Assembly (NCBI RefSeq): GCF_006345805.1
Contig: NC_043007.1
Location: forward strand, 21,948,001-22,012,000
DNA length: 64,000 nt
Source: Octopus sinensis
Lineage: Eukaryota
Reading direction: 5' to 3'
Both the position numbers and the translations under genes were made by a program. Under the pieces are notes generated by a model that saw only the letters and a program-made list of their open reading frames with translations, made no database searches and was not told the origin of the DNA. Below are positions 24,200-37,111 of the stretch, one piece after another; position 1 is the first letter of the stretch, and each line of letters begins with the position of its first letter.

Positions 24200-24431
24200 A
24201 GGCGGTGAGCTGGCAGAACCGTTAGCACGCCAGGCGAAATGCGTAGACGTATCTCATCTGCCGTTACATTCTGAGTTCAAATTCCGCTGAGGTCGACTTT
24301 GCCTTTCATCCTTTCGGGGTCGATTAAATAAGTACCATTTACACACTGGGGTCGATATACTCGACTTAATCTGTGTGTCTGTCCTTTTTTGTCCTCTCTG
24401 TGTTTAGCTCCTTGTGGGTAGCAAAGATATA
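24200..24431 (+). mobile_element. family 1 SINE with perfect 18-bp TSD
   Basis: GGTGACATCCGTTTACAA at 24182-24199 and 24432-24449. Confidence 0.9.
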
Positions 24432-24654
24432 GGTGACATCCGTTTACAACTGTCACATGGATCTAAGACAAGGAGACTAGATCTCACTCACATTAACAAG
24501 ATTCTTTTAATTTCTGTCTACACAATCCACTCCTAATGCATTTGTCTGCTTGTGGGATTGGCACAACAGCTGCAAGTCACTCCCATTTGTGCTTACCTGC
24601 CTCTGGTCAGCTCAATCAGGGTTGACTAAAGGTAGTCATACAACAATAACAACT

Positions 24655-25570
24655 ACAGAATCTGTTGAGGCAGATTTTCTATAGCTGAATGGCCTTCCTG
24701 TTGCCAACCCTCACCTGTGCCCAAGTAAGGTAATATTTCACCTGTTTCTTTACTACCCACAAGGGGCTAAACACAGAGGGGACAAACAAGGACAGAAAAA
24801 CAGATTAAGTCGATTACATCAACCCCAGTGCGTAACTGGTACTGGAGGACATTCGTTTACAACTATCACATGAATCTAAGGCAAAGCGAAAGTATCTCAT
24901 ACATGTGCACACACACACACACATGCACACAATAACAAGCTACTTTCACTTTCTATTTACAAAATCTACTCGTGACACTTTGGTCAGTCTGTGGGTGTAG
25001 TAGAAGACCTGAGTCCATGATGGTCAGGAAGTTCATGGAGGACATGGAGTGTGTAAAACAAGAGGTCTGTGAGTCGTTCTTATTTGCCCATCTGATGACT
25101 TACCTACCTCTGGTCAGCTCAATCAGGGTTGACTAAAGGTAGTCATACAACAATAACAACTACAACAACAACAGCTGAGACTATTCAACAAGTACACAAA
25201 ACCATTTCTCGAAAAGTACTCCAATATCTTCAAGTTACAATCAGATTATAATATAATAATACAAATCTGAAAATAAATGTAAAATAGTCAAAGAGAATTT
25301 TATATTTATTTAAACAAATTATCTAACTTATATATTTATTTTTATTAATATTGCGTATTAAAATTTCTTCGATAAATAATACATTTCAATGGTTTTTATT
25401 TATTCGTTTCATCTCACCATTTAGGCACAAGCGTAGCTGTGGGGTTAAGAGGCTTGCTTTCCAACCAGATGGTCTCAGATTCAGTCCCACTGTACAGCAC
25501 TTGGGGCAAATATCTACTACTATAACCATGGGCTATTCAATGCCTTGTGAATGAATTTGGTAGACAGAAA
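24655..25570. repeat. inverted duplicate of 39562-40680
   Basis: Roughly 90% identical by eye, including non-SINE sequence. Confidence 0.9.
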
Positions 25571-26004
25571 CTGAGTGGAAACATAATATATATATATGTA
25601 TTGTGCCGGTGGCACATAAAAAACACCATCCGATCGTGGCCGTTTGCCAGCCTTGTCTGGCACCTGTGCCGGTGGCACATAAAAAGCACCCACTACACTC
25701 ACGGAGTGGTTGGCATTAGGAAGGGCATCCAGCTGTATAAACACTGCCAGATCAGACTAGGCCTGGTGCAGTCTTCTGGCTTCCCAGACCCCAGTTGAAA
25801 TGTCCAATCCATGCCAGCATGGAAAGCAGACGTTAATCGATGATGATGATGATGATATATATAAAACAAAGGAAAGACAGAAGGTGGAATATATGAGAAT
25901 TTATTATTAATCATGACAGTTGTTTCGACACATTTAACATAGATTCCTCTTGGGTGGGACACTCAACAACTGGTTCAGGAGCATCTGGTGGTGCAGATGT
26001 TAAG

Positions 26005-26425
26005 AGAACCACCCGTTCGTGACCGTTGCCGGCGCCGCCCCGACTGGCCTCGTGCCGGTGGCACGTAAAAAGCACCATCCGTTCGTGTCCGTTGCCAGCC
26101 TCGCCTGGCCCCCGTGCCGGTGGCATGTAAAAGCACCATCCGCTCGTGTCCGTTGCCAGCCTCGCCTGGCCCCCGTGCCGGTGGCACGTAAAAGCACCAT
26201 CCATTCGTGGCCGTTTGCCAGCTCCGTCTGGCACCTGTGCGGGTGGCACGTAAAAAGCACCCACTACACTCACGGAGTGGTTGGCGTTAGGAAGGGCATC
26301 CAGCCATAGAAACACTGCCAGATCAGACTGGGCCTGATGCAGCCTTCTGGCTTCACAGACACCAGTTGAACCGTCCAACCCATGCTAGCATGGAAAGCGG
26401 ACGCTAAATGGTGATGATGATGATG
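26005..26425 (+). mobile_element. family 3 SINE with ~4 internal tandem units
   Basis: Repeated CGTGCCGGTGGCA..AAAAGCACC; (GAT)n tail. Confidence 0.85.
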
Positions 26426-26723
26426 ATATATATACATATCGTTATTCTTTAACATTTGTTTTCCATGCTAGTATTGGTTAGGCAGGTTCCACTCTGATTT
26501 TGGCTTAGTTTCTAAAACTGGGTGCCTTTCTTAATGCCATATATATATATATAGAATAATTATTTGAGGGAATATTAATCCTAACTTAGAGGGAAAAAAT
26601 TCAATTTAGAAATACTAAATCAAATTTCACACAATATTATATATATATATATATATAAAATTAGAAAAGAACCAATAGAAAGAGAGGTATATAGAGTGAG
26701 GGGGTGGAATTTATATATACATA

Positions 26724-28597
26724 TCTACTACATATGTGGAAAATCGGTGTGTGTGTTTGTTCGTGGCATTGTTAGCTAACTCCTTCTACATTATTTTATT
26801 GATTTTCATGAAACTTGACACATGAGTAGAACTTGTGTCTGGAAACCTCATGACGTACATAGATTGTTGAAAAAATTGATAATACGGCCCCTGGAAGGGA
26901 TCATATATCTACCTCATATAACTAGATTTTTATTTTAAACACCCAAGAGAAATAGCCGACAGCACCTGCACAATATTCTTTTTTATAACTCTCAAGGGAA
27001 ATAACCCATAGTACCTCCACTTACAGTTTTTAGTGAAGTGATCAATATTTGATTCTCACGATCAGCGCACCAAATTCTGAATTTTACTACTCACAGTTTT
27101 CAACTGCTAAGCCTTATTGCATTTTCTTCATGTGTGTACACTATCAATGCCCGTAACTCCAATAATTCTGCATTTTTCCAGTTAAAATTTTTTGATGACA
27201 GTACATAAATTTTTGATTCCAGAATGTACTTAACATGTCCCAATACAATGAACTCAAACTTTGAATGCCTAAAATTCTTTAAAAACGAAACCAAACTTCC
27301 ACACCACATTCAGTTGGGACACCCTGTGTCAGTTATACTTATTTTGCAAATTATAACATTTATTTTTATTTACAGTTCATACAACATTTTCATGAAACTA
27401 ATTGAGCCATCGAATTTAGAAATATTTTACAGGTTTCGTTGTTTACGTTCGATTACTTTGAATATTGATTTTTTTTGTGTGTCCAATTTCTAATTTTTGC
27501 AGACAATATCACTTTTATACTTTATTTGACACATGAATAGAACTCATGTCTGGAAACCTTGTGACATACTTAGATTGTTGAAAAAAAAATCAATAATAGG
27601 ACCCCTCCAATGGATCCTTCTATCTACTACATATTACTAATATTTTATTTAAACAACCCATACCACCTGCAGTTTTTAGTGAAGTGATCAATATTTGAGT
27701 CTCATGATCAGCCAACCTAATTCTGCATTTCACTACTCAGTTTTGAACTGCTAAACATTATTATTGCACTGTCTTGATTTGAATCTTAAACCTTAAAGAC
27801 TTCATTCATACATTTCTATACATAATACTTTTTTGAATGCCCATTACTCCGATAATTCTGCATTTTTTACAGTTCCACTTTTCCTATGACAGTAGATAAA
27901 TTTTTTTATTCTACAATGTATTTGTAGTGGCTTCATGCAGGCATAGCGTGGATTCGACCCTCGATTGCCAAATTTCACTTCACACTTCAACAGCGCTTTT
28001 CTCATGGTAAAACAATAGTTTTTCTGTGAATGACAGCAGTTATACATTTCCCAGATGCCTTCGCTAAACAGAATAATGTCTTTGCCACTTGACCCGTCTA
28101 ATCTCTTCTAAGCCACCAGGGGCTGGAATGGAGGTAGCAGACCTCCAACGAGATCATTTGTTCTCAACAATATGTCTATATTTCTGACTGCTTTTCGATA
28201 GTTATAAAAGCAAGAACTCTGTAAGCTAAAGGCAGTTACTGAGAGTGACCATCTGTAACTGTGAATGTTATTACTGCACTTTCTTCATTTCATTCTTAAA
28301 CCTTAAATATTTCATTCATATATTTATATACATATATACTACATGTATATATTATCTTTGATAAATTAGCCTTCATAAAGTTCACGAGTCAGAGTACTTT
28401 CTTGCCAACCTCCGAAAACCTCTCCTGCCAACCTCCAGCAATCTCTCCCTCCTCCAACTGACAGTTTTTTGTACTTTTTCATGACAGAAAATACACCTCT
28501 TGTGGCAGTTATAATGAAATTGCTTTCTTATATCAGAGTAATAAGGCATTTCAATAGAACATCTTTACACCCAGGAATTACCAGGTACACCAGCTAG
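26724..28597 (+). mobile_element. ~1.9-kb non-autonomous Helitron with internal diverged tandem repeats
   Basis: A|TCTACTA start; CpG-decayed hairpin ACCCAGG..CCAGGT then CTAG|T; internal repeats ~26800-27180 and ~27520-27870. Confidence 0.6.
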
Positions 28598-29835
28598 TGT
28601 ATATATATATATATATATATATGGCAAATGGAATAAGTATAAAAATGCATATTGTCTATTTAATTAAAAAATTCTATATGTGGCTGAAGATTGCTCTACA
28701 TTTTAAAACTGATGTAATACTTGCATTGTTTGATTAAATGATGTAGCATGAAATGGTTGTGCTGCACTACCTTTTTTAAGTACCATATTCATCTTAATCT
28801 AAATTTTGCTGAACTTATATATATATAGTGACTTTGAAGTTTTTTCTCTTTGCCTGCCAGAAGCCTGAACTACATAAAGAACAAAATGAATGATGGAAGG
28901 GGACGATATTCTTCCAATATCGTAAATCTTGCCTTCCATTATTAAAGATGAAAGGTAAAGTCGCCCTCAGCAGAATTTGAACTTAGAAATTTGAACAGTA
29001 ATAGTAATATTAAATTCGCTGAAACCAAGGATAGCGTTTACAGTATCAAGTGTTCTTCAACATCTGAATATCACAAAATCCTTTATAGAGGACTAAAATA
29101 TTTCTATGAGTAAGTGCTGTAAACGTCAACTGGGTTGGCATAATTGCTACGCTGCATGCTGATTGGTCAAAATGTTTTTATGAATAGAATGCTGTCACAC
29201 CCACTTAGTTGCGACATCTAAGCAGTACTTTGGTTGATTAAAATACAGTTCGTAAGATTTATGGTACAACTTGCTGGAGCCTGCTGGAAAGTATTTAAAG
29301 GAGAATTTCAAGCATTCTACTACAGTTATCAATTGTGAAACATAGCTGTTGTTTAATACTGCTACTAAATGAACCTGAAGATTGCAGAAAACATGAAAGT
29401 ACTTGTCTTATCATAATATGTAATGTTGTAGAAAAAGTAAAATTGTGAAAAATGCAAGAATTTAACATAAAACATAAGCGCTGGCATGGCTGTGTATTAA
29501 GAAGTTTGCTTCCTGACCAAACAGTTCCGGGTTCAGTCCCACTGCATGGCACCTTGGACAAGTGTTTTCTGCTATAGTTTTGGGTTGACCAAAGCCTTGT
29601 GCGAGGATTTGCTAGACAACAACTGAAGGAAGCCCGTCGTATGTGTGTGTCTTAGTGACTATGTTTGTCCCCATCACCGCTTGGTAAACAGTGTCAGTGT
29701 GTTTATGCCAGCGTAACTTAGTAGTTTAGCAAAGAGACCAATACGATAAGTACTTATCTTTAAAAAATAAGTCCTGAAGTCAATTTGTTGAAACTTGTAT
29801 TTTCAGGTACGCACACACACACACATACATATATA

Positions 29836-29908
29836 GGGAGAGTTTACGAAAAAAACAAAAGACGAAGACAGGTGGTGTACAAAACAAACAGATGTATTAG
29901 TATAACGC
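29836..29908 (-). mobile_element. tail fragment of the 62.2-kb pLTR family
   Basis: Reverse-complement similarity to 62345-62417; flanked by TA/CA repeats. Confidence 0.6.
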
Positions 29909-29933
29909 ACATATATATATATATATATATATA

Positions 29934-30124
29934 TGTAGGTCCCGGGTTGATTCGGGGTTAACCACAGTAAATAAGGTACTCAATACATAGTAGAGTAAAA
30001 TTAATTTATTATATAGAAGGAGCTTCTACAGGACTAGAACTGTTTCATTCAAGAGAAATCTTCAGGACCTGAAGATTTCTCTTGAATGAAACAGTTCTAG
30101 TCCTGTAGAAGCTCCTTCTATATA

Positions 30125-30130
<6 letters not shown>
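29934..30130. mobile_element. (TA)n-flanked foldback pLTR with perfect 63-bp hairpin
   Basis: Arms 30004-30066 / 30068-30130, 1-nt spacer; same family as 36934-37072. Confidence 0.75.
30063..30105 (+). ncRNA. type I hammerhead-like motif
   Basis: CAGGAC-CUGAAGA-U-UUC(UCUU)GAA-U-GAAA-CAGUUC-UA-GUCCUG; canonical core, U.U mismatch at the base of stem II. Confidence 0.5.
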
Positions 30131-30169
<39 letters not shown>

Positions 30170-30729
30170 AACATACATATATAAATATATACATACATAT
30201 ATATGTAAACTTATATACATAAGCGAAGCTGAGGTGACAGGATGATAAGAATACAAGATAATAAAAGCCCTCAAGAGAACCTTTCTGAAAAGATTTTTAT
30301 CAATTTGGCTTTTAACTAGGACTGTGGGAAAAGAGGTCAAAATACAAAAATACACCCCGATAAAAAAAAAAACATTTTTATTTTCATTTGAATGATAATA
30401 TATATGTTATAGGAACGTGCTGTTTGACAAAATAGTTTGCGAGATTTAGTTATGTTGGTATAGGTGCCAGGTCCAGTCTTACTGCGTGGCACCTTGGGCA
30501 AGTGTACTCTACTATAGCCTTGGGTCGATTGAAACCTTGTGAATAGACTTGATAATAGGAATTCCGAAAGAAGCCTGTCATATATGTGTGTGTGTGAGTC
30601 CTTGTGGCTGTATTTGTCTCCCACACCGGTTGACAACTTATGTTGGTTAGTTTACATACTAGTGACTTAGCGTTTGACAATAGAAACCAATAAAATAAGT
30701 GCCATGCTTAAAACGAAAGTACTGGAGTT

Positions 30730-31147
30730 GGATCATTGCGGTTTGAATGGCAGTTTTTTCTAGCGGTGTCATATGAAATTGTCACCCATAATTATGACCC
30801 TAGTATCGATCTATTGCATTTCAATCTGTTTTGGGGTTAGGGTTAGTTAAGGTTAGGGGTGGGGGGAAGGGTATCTTTTTTTCTTCAGAAATGTAAATAA
30901 ACCCAATCTGTTTCTTAAACGAGGGACATATTCATACAGCACAGAATGTTTTCACCTCAATAGACGTCACTGATTGGTTGAAATTGCAGAAAAAAAACAA
31001 CAAATATCTTACAAACTATAGAATTTTCTCAATAAAGCCAAGAGAAAAAGATGTTTTACAAACACATTCTACCAGTATACGAAGTTTAAAAGTGTTTAGT
31101 TACGTGGGAATTGTTTAAAAAAACTGCCAGTCAAACAGAAAAGATCC
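30730..31147. mobile_element. MITE with GG-initiated ~28-bp TIRs and 8-bp TSD, inserted in a SINE
   Basis: TSD CTGGAGT(T/C) at 30722-29 and 31148-55; TIR GGATC..GTTTGA.TGGCAGTTTTT; internal GGGGTTAGGGTTAG. Confidence 0.8.
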
Positions 31148-31309
31148 CTGGAGTCAATTTGTTCAGCTAAAATTCTTCAAGGCAGTGCCCCAGTATGACC
31201 TCAGTCTAATGACAGATACAAGGAGAAGATAATAGATAAAAAAAACCCATATTTTCCGGTATATAAAATGCACTTAGAAAATACCATCGTTTAAAAAAAA
31301 AAAGGTCTG

Positions 31310-31868
31310 GGATCTTTTCACTTTGACCGGCAGATTTTAAAAAATAATTTCTTTGTAACTAAACACTTTTAAACTTCGTATACTGGTAGAATGTGTTACA
31401 TAAAACATCTTTTCTTCTTGGCTTTCTTGAGAAAATTCTGTAGTTTGTAAGCTATTTGTTGTTTAATTTCTTGCATTTCAGCAATTTCAACCAATCAATG
31501 ACATCTATTGAGGTGAATACAATTTCTGCTGTAGTGTGTCAACAACATTTTCTGGCGGTATCATATCAATGTGTCACTGTTATTTATGACATGTTTCATA
31601 TCAGTTACGTTCGTATGAATAAAAGATTATCATTATTAAACTTTTATCAATAAACACAGATTCTAAGTTCACAACATATGCAGTTTTAATTTCCCTCTCT
31701 GTTGCACAGATACACACATTACATATTATATATTCGTTTAAGAAACAGATTGGGTTTATTTACATTTCTGAAGAAAAAAAAGATACCCTTCCCCCACCCC
31801 TAACCCAACCCCAACCCTAAAACAGATTGAAATGCAATAGATCGATACTAGGGTCATAATTATGGGTG
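31310..31868. mobile_element. truncated longer member of the same MITE family, opposite orientation
   Basis: GGATCTTTTCACTTTGACCGGCAG start; shared body; right TIR deleted. Confidence 0.75.
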
Positions 31869-33278
31869 GACATAATAGCTAGTCGTGACTAGTCGATCTT
31901 TACTTTGTGTTTTTGTGTTTTATTTACTTTGTGTAAAAAAATTATTAATTTTGTATTTTATTTACTTTGCTAGGTAGTCACGACTAGCTAGCGCGATTGC
32001 GCGAGTGCGCGCACCGGGACCACTCTTCTTAAATAGTACCTTCTAAGCTAATTGATTTTGTATTTTTGCACTGGAACATTGGAAATTTAAGTTACTGAAT
32101 CCGATTTTGAATTCCATCTTACCAATACAGACATGATTATGCAACGATATAGATATGATATAAAAACCATATAGACACGATATTTTTTTAATGAAGATTT
32201 GTATAAATAATTTTCAGATGCTGTAAATTACGATTATATCGGAATTTAACATAAAAAAAGAAAATGATGTGACGCACACGTACGTACAGGAGAAAGTTAT
32301 GTGGAAACAAAGTCGATGGGGCGAGGTACATTTGTGTCGGTACGCCTGGAAACTGTTGTACCTCACTTAAAGAAAGTCCTGTGAGAAAGTTTTGAAAATG
32401 ATGTTCATTAAACCATATATTTGTGTTACAATTTGCGATCAGGGATCTTCTTACGCTGACCCTCATTAAATAATTAGGGAATCCTGGATTTAAAGTCCAA
32501 CACGAAAACTTTTCAAAACAAATACTCGACGGTCACATTTAGTTTTGCCTTTTCTTCATGTGGGAGTATTTAACTGCATTTAATACAATTACTGAAAAAC
32601 TTATTATTGGTAAAGAGTTCATTAGGATTAGGTATTGGTCCCGGCAGGAATGGTTTTCTTTAAACAAATTAAAAAGAGAAAATTCCGATTTCTTAAAAAC
32701 ACGACGATACGAAAACAACCAGAAAGCTACAGATGTTGAGATACTCAACACATTCGCACGAACATTAATTACTTCAACACGGACTGTCAAATATTTGGTT
32801 TGAAAAATGTTTTCATTCAAGCACTAAAGCCAGTCCTCGATATTCCAATATCACTGATCATGATCGATAATAAACAAACAAATAAATATTTTCTTAATTG
32901 TCATGTAACATCAATAATTAATCTGCCGTCGATTTCATTCAGAAAACGAAACATACATTAAAATACAAGATACTTTCTTCGCTCCCTGCAACGGTTCTAT
33001 TCTATAAAATAAACGATCCTTCACACCTTCCAACATCGAATCAGTATTTCTTTAAAACGAAACTCTCATAGAATGTCTTTAATTTTGTGACGAACAAGAT
33101 TTTTTTACATTAATTGCATCCAAGAGTTTTTCTTCTTTCGTTATTATTATTTTTTAATTATAATAAATCTCTGGGCCCTGACCCTAGCCACATTCAGATG
33201 GCTGATCCCTGTATTTTTTAATTATTCCACAGAAAAGAAGGGTAGCCTTATATTTATAATTTGGTGAGAGAACAATTT

Positions 33279-34226
33279 TCATTCGATTAATCCCGTAACT
33301 TTTTCGCTGAAGTTCCACAACTTTACAGCAAGTTGTTTATCCAGAGCTTGATTTGCCCATTCGTCTCTCTGGCATTCACTGTAGTAGCAACCAGATTGGT
33401 CTTTCGTCTCTTCACTAACAGCACAATATACAACAGTTTGACAACCCTCTATGCAAGTCTTTGAAAATAGTTTGAAAAGATAGTGCATTGGTTTCCAAAG
33501 AAATGAATTAAAAAGGTTTCTTCCTATATCTGTGTTCACTGCTCCTGGGTGAACATAATATATGTTAATATTAGTGTCTGACATTCGATTGCTAAATTCA
33601 CGGCAAAATAAAGCACAGGCTAACTTACTGTCGCCGTAGGCATTGTGTTTTTGGAAAAATGTTTTTCTAATCGTGTTGTTAAAATCGATTTTCCCGCATT
33701 TGTAAATCCCACTCCCGACAAAAACGACGCGGGGTGAATCAGACTTCTTTAATAACTCCAATAGAAGATGTGTCAAAAGGAAGGGACCAAAATAATTGAC
33801 GCCCATATGCATTTCCAGGCCATCTTCTGTCTCAGCATACGGGTGGAAATAAACACCCGCATTGTTTATAAGGATATCCAAAGAGGTGATATGTTGCTTA
33901 ATATTCTTGCAGAATGTCCGAATGGAATCGAAGCTTGAGAGATCAAGTTTTTCAACAAGTACAACACCTGAACCTAATTCGCTTAATTGTTCCGCAGCCG
34001 ATTTTGCCTTATTTAAGTCCCGACATGCGAGGATCACTCGGGCCCCTCGTAGTAATAAATTACGGGCTGTTTCGAACCCGATTCCACAGTTACCCCCAGT
34101 AATAATAACTGTTTTGCCTTCCAGTTTAACAGGGCTGGTACAGGTGGCTCCTTTCATAAAGTAGCGAATCGACAAGGGTAAAATTATTGTTGTGCCCACA
34201 GCTGCCAAAATTGTCAATAACATCAT
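33279..34226 (-). CDS. SDR paralogue B, RDH11/12/13/14-like, single exon, 315 aa
   Basis: Same motifs and intact tetrad; 36 substitutions versus copy A (~89% identity). Confidence 0.95.
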   Translation of the reverse strand: MMLLTILAAVGTTIILPLSIRYFMKGATCTSPVKLEGKTVIITGGNCGIGFETARNLLLRGARVILACRDLNKAKSAAEQLSELGSGVVLVEKLDLSSFDSIRTFCKNIKQHITSLDILINNAGVYFHPYAETEDGLEMHMGVNYFGPFLLTHLLLELLKKSDSPRVVFVGSGIYKCGKIDFNNTIRKTFFQKHNAYGDSKLACALFCREFSNRMSDTNINIYYVHPGAVNTDIGRNLFNSFLWKPMHYLFKLFSKTCIEGCQTVVYCAVSEETKDQSGCYYSECQRDEWANQALDKQLAVKLWNFSEKVTGLIE

Positions 34227-35021
34227 TAATTTCGACAGAAACCAGGACTAACACAGCTTTTTCACAGCACAGATTTTACAGTTCTGACGTTTAGAGTACA
34301 AAGGTGCGTCAGAACTACATATAATCTCACATCAGGTATTTCTTCACAATCGGCGCATCATAAGCTCACGTGCAAATGTGTAAGTTCACCTTTATAACGA
34401 ACATGACAAATTTAAATATTTTCACCTCTATTTTTGTAAGTCTCACACTCAGCCGGAAGGACTAGTATTTCTTTTCCGCACCCTGCGCATAAGGACTCGA
34501 GGCAATGATTGGGTTTAACGTGCCATTTACCAATTTATTCGGTAACAGCGTGCTTGACGGCAGTCGGAACCTTTTTATTTTTACAGTGTACTGAGTCCCG
34601 CTTGTTTGTAATAAGGGACGATTGAAGCAATCCTTCGATATAACTCGACAAAATCTAAAACAAACACTCGGCTGTTTCCGTGACAACTCGACAATTCACG
34701 AATCACCATAAGACATTTTTGTGTATAAATATATTGTTTATTCTGTGTTTACCTTGTTGCGAACTCTATTGACCTTCCTCTCTCTATAATATACAAATAC
34801 ATACGAACGTAGCAGGTAACTGCTAACCTTTGGGTGCTGTTTTGGAACCCACTGTGTTTACCACTCTGAGTGGTTGGGGTTGGTGCAATTTGCCTCTTAC
34901 TCTATCGCACCCTAGTATGAAACCCAACCAATCACAACCCTCAAATAAGTCACGTAAGACAGTCTGTCCCAAACATCATTTGAGCCTCTTCATCTTCGTG
35001 ATGTCTCTCACCAACGACATC

Positions 35022-35362
35022 GTGGAGGCACAATGGCCCAGTGGTTAGGGCAGCGGACTCGCGGTCGGAGGATCGCAGTTTCGATTCCCAGACCGGGCGT
35101 TGTGTGTGTTTATTGAGCGAAAACACCTAAAGCTCCACAAAGCTCCACAAGGCTCCGGCAGGGGTGGTGGCAACACCTGTTGTACTCTTTCGCCCCATCT
35201 TTCTCTCACTCTTTCTTCCTGTTTCTTGTCCCCGACTTCCTACACAACCGCTGAGCCTGGATGCGCATTCATCCATCCGTCGATGCTCTCGGTGTCGGGG
35301 GTTGACCTGCTTTCTCTTCTGTGGGTCTTACGGATAGCAAAGGACCACGTTTCGGACTTCTC
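35022..35362 (+). mobile_element. tRNA-derived SINE (family 4), well preserved
   Basis: TGGCCCAGTGGTTAGGGC A-box, GTTTCGATTCCC B-box; similar copy at 45478-45778. Confidence 0.8.
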
Positions 35363-36570
35363 CCACTACAGACAATCCTGAGGCGCGATCTTGCGAGCTC
35401 TGGGGTGAAGACCGCTTCACTCAACAAAGAAAGAAACAAACCAACGTCATCAACAACATCTATACAGCACCAACACACTGCACTAGTTCTGATATATCGC
35501 TGTTCGTGAGCTTTCCTCACCAGGGTTAACAGCTAGCATACAACCCACGCAGATGCATGAAGATATATGAATAAATGTACATCAACCACTTCCATTTGTC
35601 ATTCAGTTGTGTATATATACGTGTAGCCACAATAAACGTATTTAAAGTTATCACATTTGATCCATGTATTTCTTTACCGGTTTCCTACCACGATAACATT
35701 ACAGCCTTCTGAGCAGAGTCACATTAGAGGGAATACCACCTATCCATCTAAAACCCTTTGTGGTGGAAGTCTGTAGTATGATACAAAAACGTGTGTGTTT
35801 ACATAGAAAGAAAGTTTTGATTTTATCCATGTGTGTAATGAGAACAGTCGTTTTGAGAATGTGTGTGTGTGATAAAATATCTTCGTTTACAAACCATATA
35901 TCCGTAAATAAAATTTGAGCGAGGTCGTTGCCAGTACCGCCTGACTTGGCCCCCGTGCCGGTGGCACCTAAAAGCACCCACTACACTCTTGGAGTGGTTG
36001 GCATTAGGAAGGGCATCCAGCTGTAGAAACTCTGCCAGATCAAGATTGGAGCCTGGTGCAGCCATCTGGTTCGCCAGCCCTCAGTCAAACCGTCCAACCC
36101 ATGCTAGCATGGAAAGCGGACATTAAACGGTGATCATGATGATGATGATGATATCTTGTGTCGAGGTGAATAGACTTGTGAGTCGCACGTGGGAGATTGT
36201 GTGTGGAGCTGCAGAGAAGACATGTGTCTTTGACGAAAGCCTGGCAGGAACTCAGGCCGTTTCTACAGAGGAGCTCAGAACGAGGCTACTGTATCAAAGC
36301 GAGGCTAGCTGCCTCATTGATATATTCGTTTGCTGAGCAGGTCAAATCCCTTAATACTATGCCTATATGTAGCTCTGCTTCAATAGCATGTGAATATTGG
36401 GTTGGGAAACCCTCTTGGATAGTAAAAAGTCAAATGTTGCTTATGCTATTATTTATAGCTTTATGTGCTTCAAGATTCACTAACGAAAATTTATAATATT
36501 CTTACATCAAAAACATACAATTCTTGCTGATAAGAATGAAGTTCCTAAAATGAATGAGGAAATTATAAAG

Positions 36571-36638
36571 ATCACTTTAGTCTAATGGCAGAACATCTGA
36601 CATGCCCACTAGAGATGAGGGTTCAAATCCCAAGGACA
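36571..36638 (+). other. decayed tRNA-like sequence (not a functional tRNA)
   Basis: TAGTCTAATGGCAGAACA and GGGTTCAAATCCC boxes; acceptor and anticodon stems do not pair. Confidence 0.35.
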
Positions 36639-36787
36639 TCCTTTGTATTTTTGTTTTTTTACATTTATGCAAAAGTGAGTTTTTAAAACCAATTTTTGCA
36701 TGCTAGATATATATGTGTGTGCGTGCGTGAGTATGCATATGTATATATATATGTTTGTATATGTATGCATGCTTATACTTGCATGTG

Positions 36788-36830
<43 letters not shown>

Positions 36831-36883
36831 TGTTAGGTGTGGTGTACAGATATTGAATATTATATATATGTTATATATATATG

Positions 36884-36931
<48 letters not shown>

Positions 36932-36933
36932 TT

Positions 36934-37072
36934 ATTTATTATATAGAAGGAGCTTCTACAGGACTAGAACTGTTCTAGTCCTGTAGAAGCTCCTTCTATA
37001 TAATAAATTAATTTTACTCTGCTATGTATTGAGTACCTTATTTACTGTTAACCCCGAATCAACCCGGGCCTA
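36934..37072. mobile_element. foldback pLTR with perfect 37-bp hairpin
   Basis: Arms 36934-36970 / 36972-37008; tail identical in kind to 29934-30003. Confidence 0.75.
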
Positions 37073-37075
37073 CAT

Positions 37076-37106
<31 letters not shown>

Positions 37107-37111
<5 letters not shown>

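Noticed and set aside
30775-30870. Interstitial telomere (TTAGGG-like)
   Set aside because: Only 2-3 imperfect units, internal to a MITE with TIRs and TSD
36571-36638. Functional tRNA gene
   Set aside because: A/B boxes present but the cloverleaf stems do not pair
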